A DNA stretch of 64,000 bases from Candidatus Buchananbacteria bacterium (GTDB lineage Bacteria; Patescibacteriota; Patescibacteriia; Buchananbacterales; UBA6539), in NCBI GenBank assembly GCA_013359225.1, contig JABWCG010000001.1, positions 6,410 to 70,409 of the forward strand. The letters run 5' to 3'. A model generated the notes under the pieces. That model did no database searches. It was not told where the DNA came from and saw nothing but the letters and a program-made list of their open reading frames with translations. Positions 46,076 through 55,658 of this stretch are shown here, piece after piece. Made by a program: the position numbers and the translations under genes. Each line of letters opens with the position of its first letter. Position 1 is the stretch's first letter.

Positions 46076-49066
46076 ATGACAAAAAGATTTACCACCTCTT
46101 TTTTGGTCGCCGCCTTTATTGTGTCGGCGTGTCTTTCGTTTACTATGCCGGTCCAGGCGGCTAGCCACAACGGTCAAATTGTTAAAATGAGCGGTTCAAG
46201 CTCTTTATATTATGTTGCTTCCGACGGCAAACGATATGTTTTTCCGAATGAAAAGATATTCAAATCATGGTTTCCGGACTTTCGTGATGTGGTGACTTTA
46301 ACATATGAGGAAATGTCTTCAATGCCACTTGGCGGTAATGTGTTGTATCGCCCGGGAGTGCTACTGGTGAAGATTCAAACAGATCCTCGAATTTATGCTG
46401 TTACTAAAAACGGCGTATTGCGCTGGGTGGAAACTGAAGAAATAGCAAAGTATCTGTATGGCGATAACTGGAATCTCTTAATAGACGATGTTCCGGATTC
46501 ATTTTTTGTGAACTATAAAATTGGAGAGTCAATTGATAGTACGTCTGATTTTAACGCCGATGATGAGGTTTCCGGAGTTGATACGATTGAAGCAAACCAC
46601 GGTTTAGCGCTGGGTAATGCCAAGCGTGCCCGAACCGTCAAATGCCGACTGATTAGTTCTTCAAAAGCTCGTGAGTGTGCGAATATAACCAACGACGACA
46701 CAACTGATGATACGACTGACGATACAGCTAACGACACGCCCAGCAGTGTAAATGGTGAACCGTATATCACAGCAATTCAGGTGTCAAATGGCGGCGAAGA
46801 AGGCTATATTGATACTGGCGACACTATTAAAATCACCTTTAACGAAACAATTGACCCTGATTCAATCAACGCCAATCTGGAAGCGGGCAATGATTATGTC
46901 ACCGATGTTTCGTATTCAGAAACCGGCGGCGTGAAGGTGGCGTCATCGGGAGTGGTGACGGTTACGAATATCGCAGCCTTTGATATGGGGTCGGTTGACT
47001 ACTCAGAAAATTTTGTTACTAAGCTGGCTTTAAGTGCGAGCGGTAAAGTGTTAAGTATCACTTTAACTGCTGGTTCTGATATTGAAATAATCAAAGAAGA
47101 TTTTTCGGATGCTAGCCAAACCGGCGGCACCGTCAAGGATCAAACCGGCAGTAAGATGAAAAGTGACTCTAGTATTTCTGACCCGACCGGAACGTTTGGC
47201 GGTGTGGAAACTGAAAGTCCGTATATTACCGGCATCACTGTAGCCGATGGCGGGGAAGACGGGTATATTGATACTGGCGACAAGATCGAAATTACGTTTA
47301 GTGAAGCCATTGATCCAGAGTCAATTGATAACGATTTGGAAGTCGGTGACTATATCACTAACGTTTCCTATGTTAATACCGGCGGCGTGCGGGTGTCTTC
47401 TTCGGGGAAAGTCACCATCACTAACATCGCTTCGTTTGACATGGGTGCAGTTGATAGCTCGGAAACCTTTACGGTTAAACTGGCGTTAAATTCAACCGGC
47501 AAAGTATTGACTATCACTTTAACTAGCGGGTCGGACTTAGAAATTACTGACGAGAATTTTAGCGAGGCAAGCCAGATTGGTGACATTATCAAGGATCAGG
47601 ACGGTAATAAAATGGCAAGTGATTCCAGTATTGGTGAACCGACAGGTAGCTTTGGCGGCAATGCTAATAATGATGACAGCGATCCATACATCACGGCGAT
47701 TGAAGTGGCCGACGGTGGCGAGGAAGGATATATTGACGTTGGTGATACTATTGAAATTACGTTTAACGAAGCCGTTGATCCGGAATCAATCAATGACGAT
47801 TTGTCAGCCGGTGGGACGGTAACTAATGTATTGTATTCAGAAACCGGCGGCGTGCGAGTGTCTTCAGCCGGTGAATTGATTATCAGTGATATTGCCACAT
47901 TTAATGTCGGTTCAGTTGCTTACTCAAAAACATTTACGGCTAAACTGGCGTTGAGCGCAACTAGCAAAGTGTTAACCATTACTTTGACCGGCGGTTCGGA
48001 CGTTGAAATTACTGACGAAGATTTTGACGATGCTAAACAAACCGGCGGGACAATTAAGGATGAAGACGGTAATGTAATGGAAAGTGACACCAGTATCTCA
48101 GACCCGACCGGAACGTTTGGCGGCAGTTTTGATGACGGCAACGACGACAGCAGCGATCCATACATTACGGCGATGTCCGTTACTAATGGCGGCGATAACG
48201 GATATGTTGATGTCGGGGACGCGATTGCTATTACTTTCAATGAGGCGATTGACCCGGAATCAATCAATGATGATCTTGAAGCCGGCCAGACAGTGACTGG
48301 AGTATCATACTCGGAAACTGGTGGGGTTCGAGTGTCTTCTTCAGGGCAGGTGACTATCAATAACATTGCTGCCTTTGATATCGGCGGTGTAGAAAATTCG
48401 GAAACCTATACGGTTAAATTAGCCCTGAATTCAACCGGTAAGATTTTGACTATTACTTTAACCAGCGGCAATGATCTGGAAATTAACGATGAAGACTTTT
48501 CGGATGCTAGCCAGACCGGTGGTACGTTAAGGGATCAGGATGATAATGAGATGAATAGTGATGCCACCATCAATGATCCGTCTGGAACGTTTGGTGGCAG
48601 CCTTGATGACGGCAGTAACGACGGCGGCAACCCTTCGATCACGACTATTCAGGCAACTAACGGCGGTGATGCTGGGTATATTGATATTGGTGATAAAATC
48701 GAAATCACGTTTAGTGAAGCCATTGACCCGGAATCAATCAACAGCAGCTTGGAAGAGGGGGATTCGGTAACGGGGGTTCCGTACTCGTTAACCGGTGGTG
48801 TGAGTGTTTTTTCAGCCGGCGCGGTGATTATTCAGAACATTGCCATTTTTGACGTCGGATCTGTTTTAGCTCCAGGAACGTTCACTTCCAAGTTGGCGTT
48901 AAATTCAACTGGCAAAGTGTTGACTATTACCATCACCGGCGGTTCGGACGTTAAAATTACTAGTCAAAGTTTAAGCGACGCCAGCCAGACTGGCGGTACG
49001 GTTGAAGATCAGAATGGCAATGAGATGAAAAATTCTAGCGTTAGTACCCCTCGGGGAAGTCTGTAA
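46076..49066 (+). CDS. Secreted/surface protein of 996 aa: signal peptide, N-terminal domain, an Asp/Thr-rich linker, then five tandem repeats of about 156 aa
   Basis: The signal peptide ends ...MPVQAAS. Each repeat begins with a near-identical PYITAI block and contains SYSETGGVRVSS, KLALNSTGKVLTITLT and DPTGTFGG. Confidence 0.7.
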   Translation: MTKRFTTSFLVAAFIVSACLSFTMPVQAASHNGQIVKMSGSSSLYYVASDGKRYVFPNEKIFKSWFPDFRDVVTLTYEEMSSMPLGGNVLYRPGVLLVKIQTDPRIYAVTKNGVLRWVETEEIAKYLYGDNWNLLIDDVPDSFFVNYKIGESIDSTSDFNADDEVSGVDTIEANHGLALGNAKRARTVKCRLISSSKARECANITNDDTTDDTTDDTANDTPSSVNGEPYITAIQVSNGGEEGYIDTGDTIKITFNETIDPDSINANLEAGNDYVTDVSYSETGGVKVASSGVVTVTNIAAFDMGSVDYSENFVTKLALSASGKVLSITLTAGSDIEIIKEDFSDASQTGGTVKDQTGSKMKSDSSISDPTGTFGGVETESPYITGITVADGGEDGYIDTGDKIEITFSEAIDPESIDNDLEVGDYITNVSYVNTGGVRVSSSGKVTITNIASFDMGAVDSSETFTVKLALNSTGKVLTITLTSGSDLEITDENFSEASQIGDIIKDQDGNKMASDSSIGEPTGSFGGNANNDDSDPYITAIEVADGGEEGYIDVGDTIEITFNEAVDPESINDDLSAGGTVTNVLYSETGGVRVSSAGELIISDIATFNVGSVAYSKTFTAKLALSATSKVLTITLTGGSDVEITDEDFDDAKQTGGTIKDEDGNVMESDTSISDPTGTFGGSFDDGNDDSSDPYITAMSVTNGGDNGYVDVGDAIAITFNEAIDPESINDDLEAGQTVTGVSYSETGGVRVSSSGQVTINNIAAFDIGGVENSETYTVKLALNSTGKILTITLTSGNDLEINDEDFSDASQTGGTLRDQDDNEMNSDATINDPSGTFGGSLDDGSNDGGNPSITTIQATNGGDAGYIDIGDKIEITFSEAIDPESINSSLEEGDSVTGVPYSLTGGVSVFSAGAVIIQNIAIFDVGSVLAPGTFTSKLALNSTGKVLTITITGGSDVKITSQSLSDASQTGGTVEDQNGNEMKNSSVSTPRGSL
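46757..49063 (+). repeat. Five in-frame tandem DNA repeats of about 468 bp encoding the repeat domain
   Basis: Long near-identical DNA stretches recur at a period of about 468 bp. Confidence 0.7.
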
Positions 49067-49082
49067 GTTTTACCTTAAAGAT

Positions 49083-49116
49083 AAAAATGGCCGTAATTTA
49101 CGGCCATTTTTGTTTT
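49083..49116 (+). terminator. Intrinsic terminator after the repeat protein
   Basis: The stem ATGGCCGTA/TACGGCCAT is followed by a T5 run. Confidence 0.6.
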
Positions 49117-49203
49117 GATTACCGGGGTTGAGAATATGACTCTTGACATTCTCGGATGATATTTTACAATAAAAACTTCAACCTTATTTAAATTTTCTAA
49201 TGT

Positions 49204-50985
49204 ATGCTTCAAAGACTAAGAAAGCCGCTGCCTTACATGCGTCTAGGTACCGGCTTGGGTATTTTGGCGTTACTTTCAGTTAACGCCAGCAGCGTTTATG
49301 CGCTTTTTAATCATGCTTCGGACCGTGACTTGCTGGTTGTATTTTTTCAAATCACCGTTATCTGCGGCTTGAGTTTTGCCATTCATTATTTGTCATTATC
49401 GACAAAATTTCCTTCTTTTGTGGTGGCAATCTTTTTTGGGTTGGTCGCTCAGCCGTTGTTAAACCCAATTATTTCTCACCCTGACTCAATGGGGGCACTG
49501 GTCGGTATTGGAGCAACGATGATTTTATTTGGCGGCGGATTAGAAACGCCGCTTCGTAATTTTCGTAAACTTTTTTGGAAAATTAATTCTCTGTCTTTCA
49601 TCGGATTATTTTTAACTGCGTTATTACTTTCATACGTCACGTGGTATTTTGGCTGGTGGGTTGGTACACCAATCAGCGTAATGGCGGCAATTTTGCTGGG
49701 TAGCGCCCTGGCATCAACCGACCCGGCAGCCATTATTCCCGTTCTGAAATATCTGCGCTTTAATAATCGTGAAACAAAAGACATTATCGTTGCCGAAAGC
49801 GCGCTGACTGATGTAACCGGCTCTTTGCTGACAATTATGTTTTTGTCGCTGTTAAGCGGTGGTGTGGTGGTTGCTACAATTTGGCAGGGCTACCAGTCAT
49901 TGTTCACCATCGAAGCACTGGAACTTTTGGTTAAAGAAGTGTTTTTCGGCTTGTTGTTTGGTGGCCTGGGGTATTTATTATTGGAACTATTATTGCGCCT
50001 AAAGCAGCGGTCGCGCCGCGAATATGGTGTTGACGCCGCTTTCTTTATCTTTGTGCCGATGATTTCTTTTACGGCGGCCGTGGCGTTTGGCGGTAGTGGA
50101 TATTTAGCTGCTTTTATTGCCGGATTGTTATTTTCCATGACAGAGAAATTGCAGGACACTGAACATTTTTTCAATCATACCGTCGACGGATTTATGAAGC
50201 CCGTCATCTTTTTATTGCTAGGGACGCTAGTTGATCTGCGCAGCCTGATTGATTATGCCGCCCTGGGTATCGGCGCGGCTTTTGTGTTTATGTTTATTAT
50301 TCGGCCATTGACTGTTTGGATCAGCCTTGGTCCGACAATTTTTTTCAAAAAGAATGGCTTAACGTGGCGTGAGATATGGTTTATCTCGTCGGTTCGCGAG
50401 ACAGGAGCTATTCCGGCAATGTTATTGGTGACTATCGTCAGTATGAACATCGGCAATCTTGAGGGCTTGGTGGCCGTTGGAATGTGGATTATTCTTGCTA
50501 CCCTAGTGATTCAGCCGCCACTGACGCCAGTTATTGCCAACTGGTTAAAGATTGGAACGCCGATTAAAGAAGATGATGAAGGTGAATTGCATTTGAACGG
50601 CTCTGATGCTTTTGTGGTACTTGGTTCCCGCGGCCATTCCCATCAAAAACGTCTGCCCTATGTGATTGACTGGGCTGCCAGGCGGGGCATTGGCAAAGTT
50701 GTGCTGTTGCTATGTCTTGAAGATGACTATTCGCCGGAGTCATTTAAAGAATTAGAAGCAGAAGCAATCAAACAATTTGAAACTATTAATCAGGAGCGCG
50801 AAGCAGCTGGCCAGGTGGCGATAAAGTTTTCAATCGTCGGCCGTAGCGGTTTTCTGCAGGAAAATATTGATGCCATTGCCAGCACTGAAAATAACGTCAT
50901 TGCAATTTTTGTCGGCCGCAAGGTGCTGGATTATCGTCTGTCAGAAATTAAGCGATTGGCAGTGCCATTGTTTTTCCTTGATTAA
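49204..50985 (+). CDS. Monovalent cation:proton antiporter (CPA1/NhaP-type) with a C-terminal cytoplasmic domain
   Basis: It has about twelve transmembrane helices and the Na+/H+ exchanger pattern, with a soluble C-terminal domain of about 150 aa. Confidence 0.6.
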   Translation: MLQRLRKPLPYMRLGTGLGILALLSVNASSVYALFNHASDRDLLVVFFQITVICGLSFAIHYLSLSTKFPSFVVAIFFGLVAQPLLNPIISHPDSMGALVGIGATMILFGGGLETPLRNFRKLFWKINSLSFIGLFLTALLLSYVTWYFGWWVGTPISVMAAILLGSALASTDPAAIIPVLKYLRFNNRETKDIIVAESALTDVTGSLLTIMFLSLLSGGVVVATIWQGYQSLFTIEALELLVKEVFFGLLFGGLGYLLLELLLRLKQRSRREYGVDAAFFIFVPMISFTAAVAFGGSGYLAAFIAGLLFSMTEKLQDTEHFFNHTVDGFMKPVIFLLLGTLVDLRSLIDYAALGIGAAFVFMFIIRPLTVWISLGPTIFFKKNGLTWREIWFISSVRETGAIPAMLLVTIVSMNIGNLEGLVAVGMWIILATLVIQPPLTPVIANWLKIGTPIKEDDEGELHLNGSDAFVVLGSRGHSHQKRLPYVIDWAARRGIGKVVLLLCLEDDYSPESFKELEAEAIKQFETINQEREAAGQVAIKFSIVGRSGFLQENIDAIASTENNVIAIFVGRKVLDYRLSEIKRLAVPLFFLD

Positions 50986-51047
50986 ACAAAATTAGCATTA
51001 TTGTTTAAATAGCCAGCCATTTGCTGGTTATTTTTTAATCGGGTAAG

Positions 51048-51872
51048 ATGAGGATAATGAAACTTACTGCCAGACAAATTAAAAATTTTCGACGCAAGGT
51101 TGATGCCGCATACAAAAAACAGCGGCGAGTTTTTCCGTGGCGGCAAACTAAAGACCCGTATCATATTTTAGTTTCGGAAATTATGTTGCAGCAGACCCAG
51201 GCTGACCGGGTGGTTTCTAAATATCTTGAATTTGTCAAAAAATTTCCAACTGCTAAATCACTGGCGGTGTCGCCGCTGGCTGATGTGTTGAGGGTTTGGC
51301 AGGGTTTGGGGTATAATCGCCGGGCCAAAATGTTGCAGAATGCGGCACGACTAATCGTTGAAGTCTACCAGGGCCAAGTTCCAGACAGTATTGAAGCATT
51401 ACAAAAATTACCCGGGGTTGGGCCCTATACGGCGCGAGCGGTTATGGCCTTTGCCTATGATCGGCCCAGCGTTTTTATTGAAACTAATATTAGAACAGTC
51501 TTTATTCATGAATTTTTTCGCCACCAGAAAAAAGTCGCCGATAGTCAACTGCTACCGTTAATTGCCCAAACCCTAAAAGCAAATCGTCCGGGCGAATGGT
51601 ATTTAGCTTTAATGGATTATGGCGCCGTCTTGAAACGGCTTTATAAGAATCCGTCACGCCGCAGCACTCAATATGTTCGGCAGTCAAAGTTTAATGGTTC
51701 GACCAGACAAATTCGCGGAGCGATTATCCGGGAGTTAAGCGCTCACCACAGGTTAACTGCGCGTCAATTATTCTCGAGTTTGTCGTTTGATACTTTGCGC
51801 GTTCAAGCGGCGTTGGCAGATTTAGTAGCCGAAGGTTTGATTAGGCGTCAAAAAAAAGTTTATTTCTTGTAA
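51048..51872 (+). CDS. HhH-GPD family DNA glycosylase (MutY/Nth-like) with no recognisable Fe-S cluster Cys motif
   Basis: The motifs PYHILVSEIMLQQTQ and LPGVGPYTARAV are helix-hairpin-helix-GPD signatures. The C-terminus lacks the C-x6-C-x2-C-x5-C cluster. Confidence 0.65.
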   Translation: MRIMKLTARQIKNFRRKVDAAYKKQRRVFPWRQTKDPYHILVSEIMLQQTQADRVVSKYLEFVKKFPTAKSLAVSPLADVLRVWQGLGYNRRAKMLQNAARLIVEVYQGQVPDSIEALQKLPGVGPYTARAVMAFAYDRPSVFIETNIRTVFIHEFFRHQKKVADSQLLPLIAQTLKANRPGEWYLALMDYGAVLKRLYKNPSRRSTQYVRQSKFNGSTRQIRGAIIRELSAHHRLTARQLFSSLSFDTLRVQAALADLVAEGLIRRQKKVYFL

Positions 51873-51970
51873 CAGTTGCACTAAACAGCAAACCTTGCCG
51901 GTTATTAGGGGATAGGGTAAGATAGGAAAACCAATCAAATTTGAATTAGTAGTTACACTCTCTGGTATAT

Positions 51971-52843
51971 ATGTCTATTGCTAATTGTCAGCCGGTTAGA
52001 TTTTTGACACCCAAAAGGTTTCGGCTTGATGGGTTATGGTTTTTTGTCCCTAAATCAAAACAGGCGATTATTTTTATTCATGGCCTGGGCAGTACGATGT
52101 TTTGGCCCAGTTTGGTGTATAAACTTTTTGATCGCCACACCTCAGTTTTGACTTTTAATAATCGCGGGCATGATAAAATTTCAAGCCTGAAGCGAATAGG
52201 GAAAAATGGCAAAATCACCAGAGTGCTGGCTGGAGCCGCTCACGAAGTTTTTACCGACTGCGTTGATGATATTCAGGGGGCGGTTAATTTTTGTAAAAAA
52301 CAGGGGATTAAAAAGATTATTTTAGTTGGCCATTCGACTGGCTGTCAAAAAGCCGTTTATTATTTAGCCAAGGCTAAAAATCAAAGACAGATTAGCAAGG
52401 CGGTGTTGCTGTGCCCAATTAGCGATTACGCCGATATGATTAAGTTTAACCGTGCGGCGGTTATTCGGGCCGGCAAATTAGCCCGTCGTTTGGTTAAAAG
52501 TGGCAAACAACATCAGCTATTGCCGCCAGATGTGTGGCCTGGACTGCACGATGCTCAGCGATTTTTAAGTCTGTATACCCCAAACAGTGTTGAAGAAATA
52601 TTTTGTTATGCCACCAGATCTCGTCGGGCAACGGCACTGCAAAAAGTCGCGGTGCCACTTACGATCATTTTTTCTGATCAAGATGAATATTTGGATCGGC
52701 CGGCATCAGAAATTGCTGCTTGGTTTTCTGAAAAACTCGCCGGCAGACAGTTTGCTATTAAAATTATTAGGGGTGCTAATCACGGTTTTGTCGGTTATGA
52801 AAACCAAGTGCTTAAAATTATTCAGTCAACCACAGCATTATAA
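51971..52843 (+). CDS. Alpha/beta-hydrolase fold protein
   Basis: The nucleophile elbow GHSTG is present, preceded by HGLGS. Confidence 0.55.
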   Translation: MSIANCQPVRFLTPKRFRLDGLWFFVPKSKQAIIFIHGLGSTMFWPSLVYKLFDRHTSVLTFNNRGHDKISSLKRIGKNGKITRVLAGAAHEVFTDCVDDIQGAVNFCKKQGIKKIILVGHSTGCQKAVYYLAKAKNQRQISKAVLLCPISDYADMIKFNRAAVIRAGKLARRLVKSGKQHQLLPPDVWPGLHDAQRFLSLYTPNSVEEIFCYATRSRRATALQKVAVPLTIIFSDQDEYLDRPASEIAAWFSEKLAGRQFAIKIIRGANHGFVGYENQVLKIIQSTTAL

Positions 52844-53385
52844 TGGCAATAAATTTTATTAAAACCGCCTTAACTGATTATCGGGTCGGTGCTTTGACAA
52901 GAAGCTCTCACTTTGTAGCGCGGCGCGTGGTTCAAGAATTACTGCCGGCGTATCGTCGTATTGTAGAATACGGTCCAGGAGACGGAGCCATCACAAAATT
53001 ACTGCTGCAGCAGTTGCCAGCCGACGGAAAAATTTTGGCGATTGAGAGTAATCCCGACTTCGCTAGGGGGTTAAAGAACATAGCTGACGTTCGTTTACAA
53101 GTTGTTGAGGCCTTGGCGCAAGAGGTGTCCAAAGATTTTGCGGCTTTTGGTTGGCAAAAAATTGAAGCAGTATTTTCCGGAATTCCGTTTTCATTTTTGA
53201 ATCCTGATTTGAGGCAGCGGATTGTTGATCAAACCTATAACGCTCTTGAGCCGGGCGGGATTTTTTTAGTGTACCAGTATTCAACGTTGATGGCGCCGTA
53301 TCTTAAAAAACGATTCAAGAAGGTTGTGGTTAAATTTGAACCGCGGAATTTTCCGCCATATTTTTTAATGATAGCAAAAAAGTAG
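52843..53385 (+). CDS. Class I SAM-dependent methyltransferase (small)
   Basis: The motif VEYGPGDGAIT corresponds to motif I (ExGxGxG). Confidence 0.5.
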   Translation: MAINFIKTALTDYRVGALTRSSHFVARRVVQELLPAYRRIVEYGPGDGAITKLLLQQLPADGKILAIESNPDFARGLKNIADVRLQVVEALAQEVSKDFAAFGWQKIEAVFSGIPFSFLNPDLRQRIVDQTYNALEPGGIFLVYQYSTLMAPYLKKRFKKVVVKFEPRNFPPYFLMIAKK

Positions 53386-53463
53386 AGCGTGAGATTGACT
53401 TTGTTTTTAGACCAGGTACAATAAACAAAAGCTTAACTTTTTAACCAAAAGGAGAACTAATCT

Positions 53464-55113
53464 ATGAATAACTACGGCAAACTAGTCGCCGGAGTCGTGG
53501 GGTTAGCCGCCCTAGGTATTATTATTGCCGCGACCAGCGGCGTTTTTAATAATCGAGTGTTTACTGATGACGGTATTGACGTACGTAACACCGCCTGTGA
53601 AGATATTGCTTCATCGCGCTTGGCGGTTAATAATGAGTTTGAAGAGCGAAAACAACAAGCTCAAAAGCAACTTGCCGCTGACCGCGACCAGGCTAGTGAT
53701 GATTATTGGGCGCAAAATCGTCAGCTTGAAGACGCATATCATCAGTGTATTTCAGCAGCCTTAACGGCTGATCCGTGCAAAGAGCCATTTGAAGAAGTCG
53801 GTCGATTGTACGAAGAAATTATGGCTGATTTTGAAAATGGTCGGGGGTTTAACGAAGGAAAGTTTCAAGAACGAGAGCGGGCAAAGGAAAAGTACAATAA
53901 ATGTGTTGAGGATGCTCGTAAACCGGAATTTTATAAAGATAAAGAAGCCGAGTGTAATACAGCGTTAGAATCTGGTCGTCAGCTTAATCAGCAGAATCGT
54001 CAGACCGCTGAAGCCGGCGCTCAGGCAAAGTATGAAGCGGCTTTAGCTAAGGCTGAAAATGCTCAAGCTCAAAAGCAGGCGATTTTGGACGCTATTGAGG
54101 AAAAATGTAAGGAGCCTGGCGGTAACACTAATTTGAACATCGGCGCGGTTACAACTGTTGGCGCTGGTACGGAAATTAAATCGGGCAGTCCGGCCTGTAC
54201 GGGAGTGTTTTCGGGTAATGATCCACAGCTACGTAAAAAATTGGCCGATTTGGAAAATCAATTGAATAAAGCCAAGGCGGCCGGCTTGCGTGGTGGACTG
54301 TTTGGTATTGACCACTTGCAGTCAGCAGTTGATGAAGCCAGACAGGCACTTAAAGATTCGCAGCGCACTTGTGAAGTGGATGCTGACTGTGGTGATCCGA
54401 CACCGGTTTGCTGTAGTGGTATGCAGGTTGGCCGGGCGTATTGTAATGATGGTGTTTGTGCCAATGAAACAGTTGATTGTCAAAGTCCGGAGATTTGTGC
54501 CGGTAAACCGGCCGCTTGCGTTGATCCATCAACCGGTGTGCAGCAGCAAGATGGCATCATGATATCCCGAACAATCCCGGAAGTTGGTAGCTGTTCTCAA
54601 AATTTACAAGTGTTGAATTTGCAGCAGGCTGATGCTAATTCGGCCCGCTATGAAATTGTTGGCAATATTCCAGACTGGCTGGGAATTGATAAACCGGGCG
54701 GAATTTTGCCGGCCTCAGTAAACGTGACATATGCGTGTAATACCGTCCAGGGTTTTGGTCCGGGTACTTATACCGTGCAGGGTAGCGTTTTAGTTCGTGA
54801 CGCTGATAATAAATTGGTTAACACCATTCCGCTTAACATTGTGATCACGGTGACACCCTCGGCAACCGACCTAGAAGTTATTGAGTATAATGGTAAATAC
54901 CTGCCGGTCAGTCAGATACACAAATTTACCGGTCCGGAGTGCGATGGCGATGAGCACTGGCATGCCAACAATGGTGTGGTAACTGCTACTGACGGTACAA
55001 CGGTTCCTGACACCAGTGATTGCGGCTATGGTAAAACTAAAAATGTTCCAGTGATAAAGGTTCCCGCCGTTCGGGGTGAGGTTAAAGGATTAGAAGGCCT
55101 GCGAACTAATTAG
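53464..55113 (+). CDS. Membrane-anchored secreted protein with coiled-coil and Cys-rich regions (hypothetical)
   Basis: It has an N-terminal transmembrane segment, a Q/E/A/K-rich coiled coil and a Cys cluster CEVDADCGD...CCSG...CNDGVC. Confidence 0.5.
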   Translation: MNNYGKLVAGVVGLAALGIIIAATSGVFNNRVFTDDGIDVRNTACEDIASSRLAVNNEFEERKQQAQKQLAADRDQASDDYWAQNRQLEDAYHQCISAALTADPCKEPFEEVGRLYEEIMADFENGRGFNEGKFQERERAKEKYNKCVEDARKPEFYKDKEAECNTALESGRQLNQQNRQTAEAGAQAKYEAALAKAENAQAQKQAILDAIEEKCKEPGGNTNLNIGAVTTVGAGTEIKSGSPACTGVFSGNDPQLRKKLADLENQLNKAKAAGLRGGLFGIDHLQSAVDEARQALKDSQRTCEVDADCGDPTPVCCSGMQVGRAYCNDGVCANETVDCQSPEICAGKPAACVDPSTGVQQQDGIMISRTIPEVGSCSQNLQVLNLQQADANSARYEIVGNIPDWLGIDKPGGILPASVNVTYACNTVQGFGPGTYTVQGSVLVRDADNKLVNTIPLNIVITVTPSATDLEVIEYNGKYLPVSQIHKFTGPECDGDEHWHANNGVVTATDGTTVPDTSDCGYGKTKNVPVIKVPAVRGEVKGLEGLRTN

Positions 55114-55214
55114 TTCTAATTAAAACAGCCGGCTTAACAGCCGGCTGTTTTAGTATTGGTAAAATTTTGTATCAAGTTACTTATTATTAAGGATCACTGA
55201 GAGCCTAAAACCGG

Positions 55215-55550
55215 CTATAAAAATTTTTTGCCGTATTTTCTGACCTCTTCAATAATTTTATGCAGGCCTTTGCCTTTTTTGGTTAGGGAATATTCAACTC
55301 GTGGGGGCTTGCCGGATATTTTTTTGCGAGTAATAAAGCTTTGCTGCTCCAATAACTGGAGTTTCTTGGTTAGGGTTCGCGAGCTAATCCCTTTGAGTGA
55401 ATGCTCAAAATCGCCAAAATGTTTGGTTCCTCCCAGTAAATCACGGATAATTAATACAACATACGAGTCGCCGATAATATCGGCCACCCGGGCGATAGGG
55501 CAGGCAAGAAGATTTTTTTTGCTTTTTTTGGCAGTTCTAAACATATCCAC
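55215..55550 (-). CDS. HxlR-family transcriptional regulator
   Basis: The motif CPIARVADIIGDSYVVLIIRDLLGGTKHFGDF matches the HxlR/DUF24 winged helix-turn-helix. It appears to use a GTG start. Confidence 0.7.
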   Translation of the reverse strand: MDMFRTAKKSKKNLLACPIARVADIIGDSYVVLIIRDLLGGTKHFGDFEHSLKGISSRTLTKKLQLLEQQSFITRKKISGKPPRVEYSLTKKGKGLHKIIEEVRKYGKKFL

Positions 55551-55565
55551 ATTGTAGCATGGATT

Positions 55566-55592
55566 TAGATACTTTACAATGTAAAGTATCTA
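55566..55592. promoter_or_regulatory. Perfect palindrome (13-bp arms) TAGATACTTTACA-A-TGTAAAGTATCTA in the divergent hxlR/cupredoxin intergenic region
   Basis: The palindrome is read directly and is adjacent to a TATATAAT -10-like element. Confidence 0.6.
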
Positions 55593-55608
55593 GTATATAA
55601 TAATCATA

Positions 55609-55628
55609 TTCCTGTTGACTAACAGGAA
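55609..55628. promoter_or_regulatory. Second palindrome TTCCTGTT-GACT-AACAGGAA overlapping a TTGACT -35-like element
   Basis: The palindrome is read directly. Confidence 0.5.
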
Positions 55629-55658
55629 AATTAACTAATAATTAACCAAAAAAAATCA

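Noticed and set aside
47596-48366. Minus-strand ORFs of 100-148 aa inside the repeat-protein gene
   Set aside because: They are antisense to a strongly supported secreted repeat protein on the plus strand, and the repetitive sequence produces them by chance.
46757-49063. Whether the tandem DNA repeats could be a CRISPR array or a diversity-generating retroelement variable region
   Set aside because: The repeat unit is about 468 bp and in-frame coding, with no short repeat and spacer architecture. No reverse transcriptase or template repeat is present in the window.
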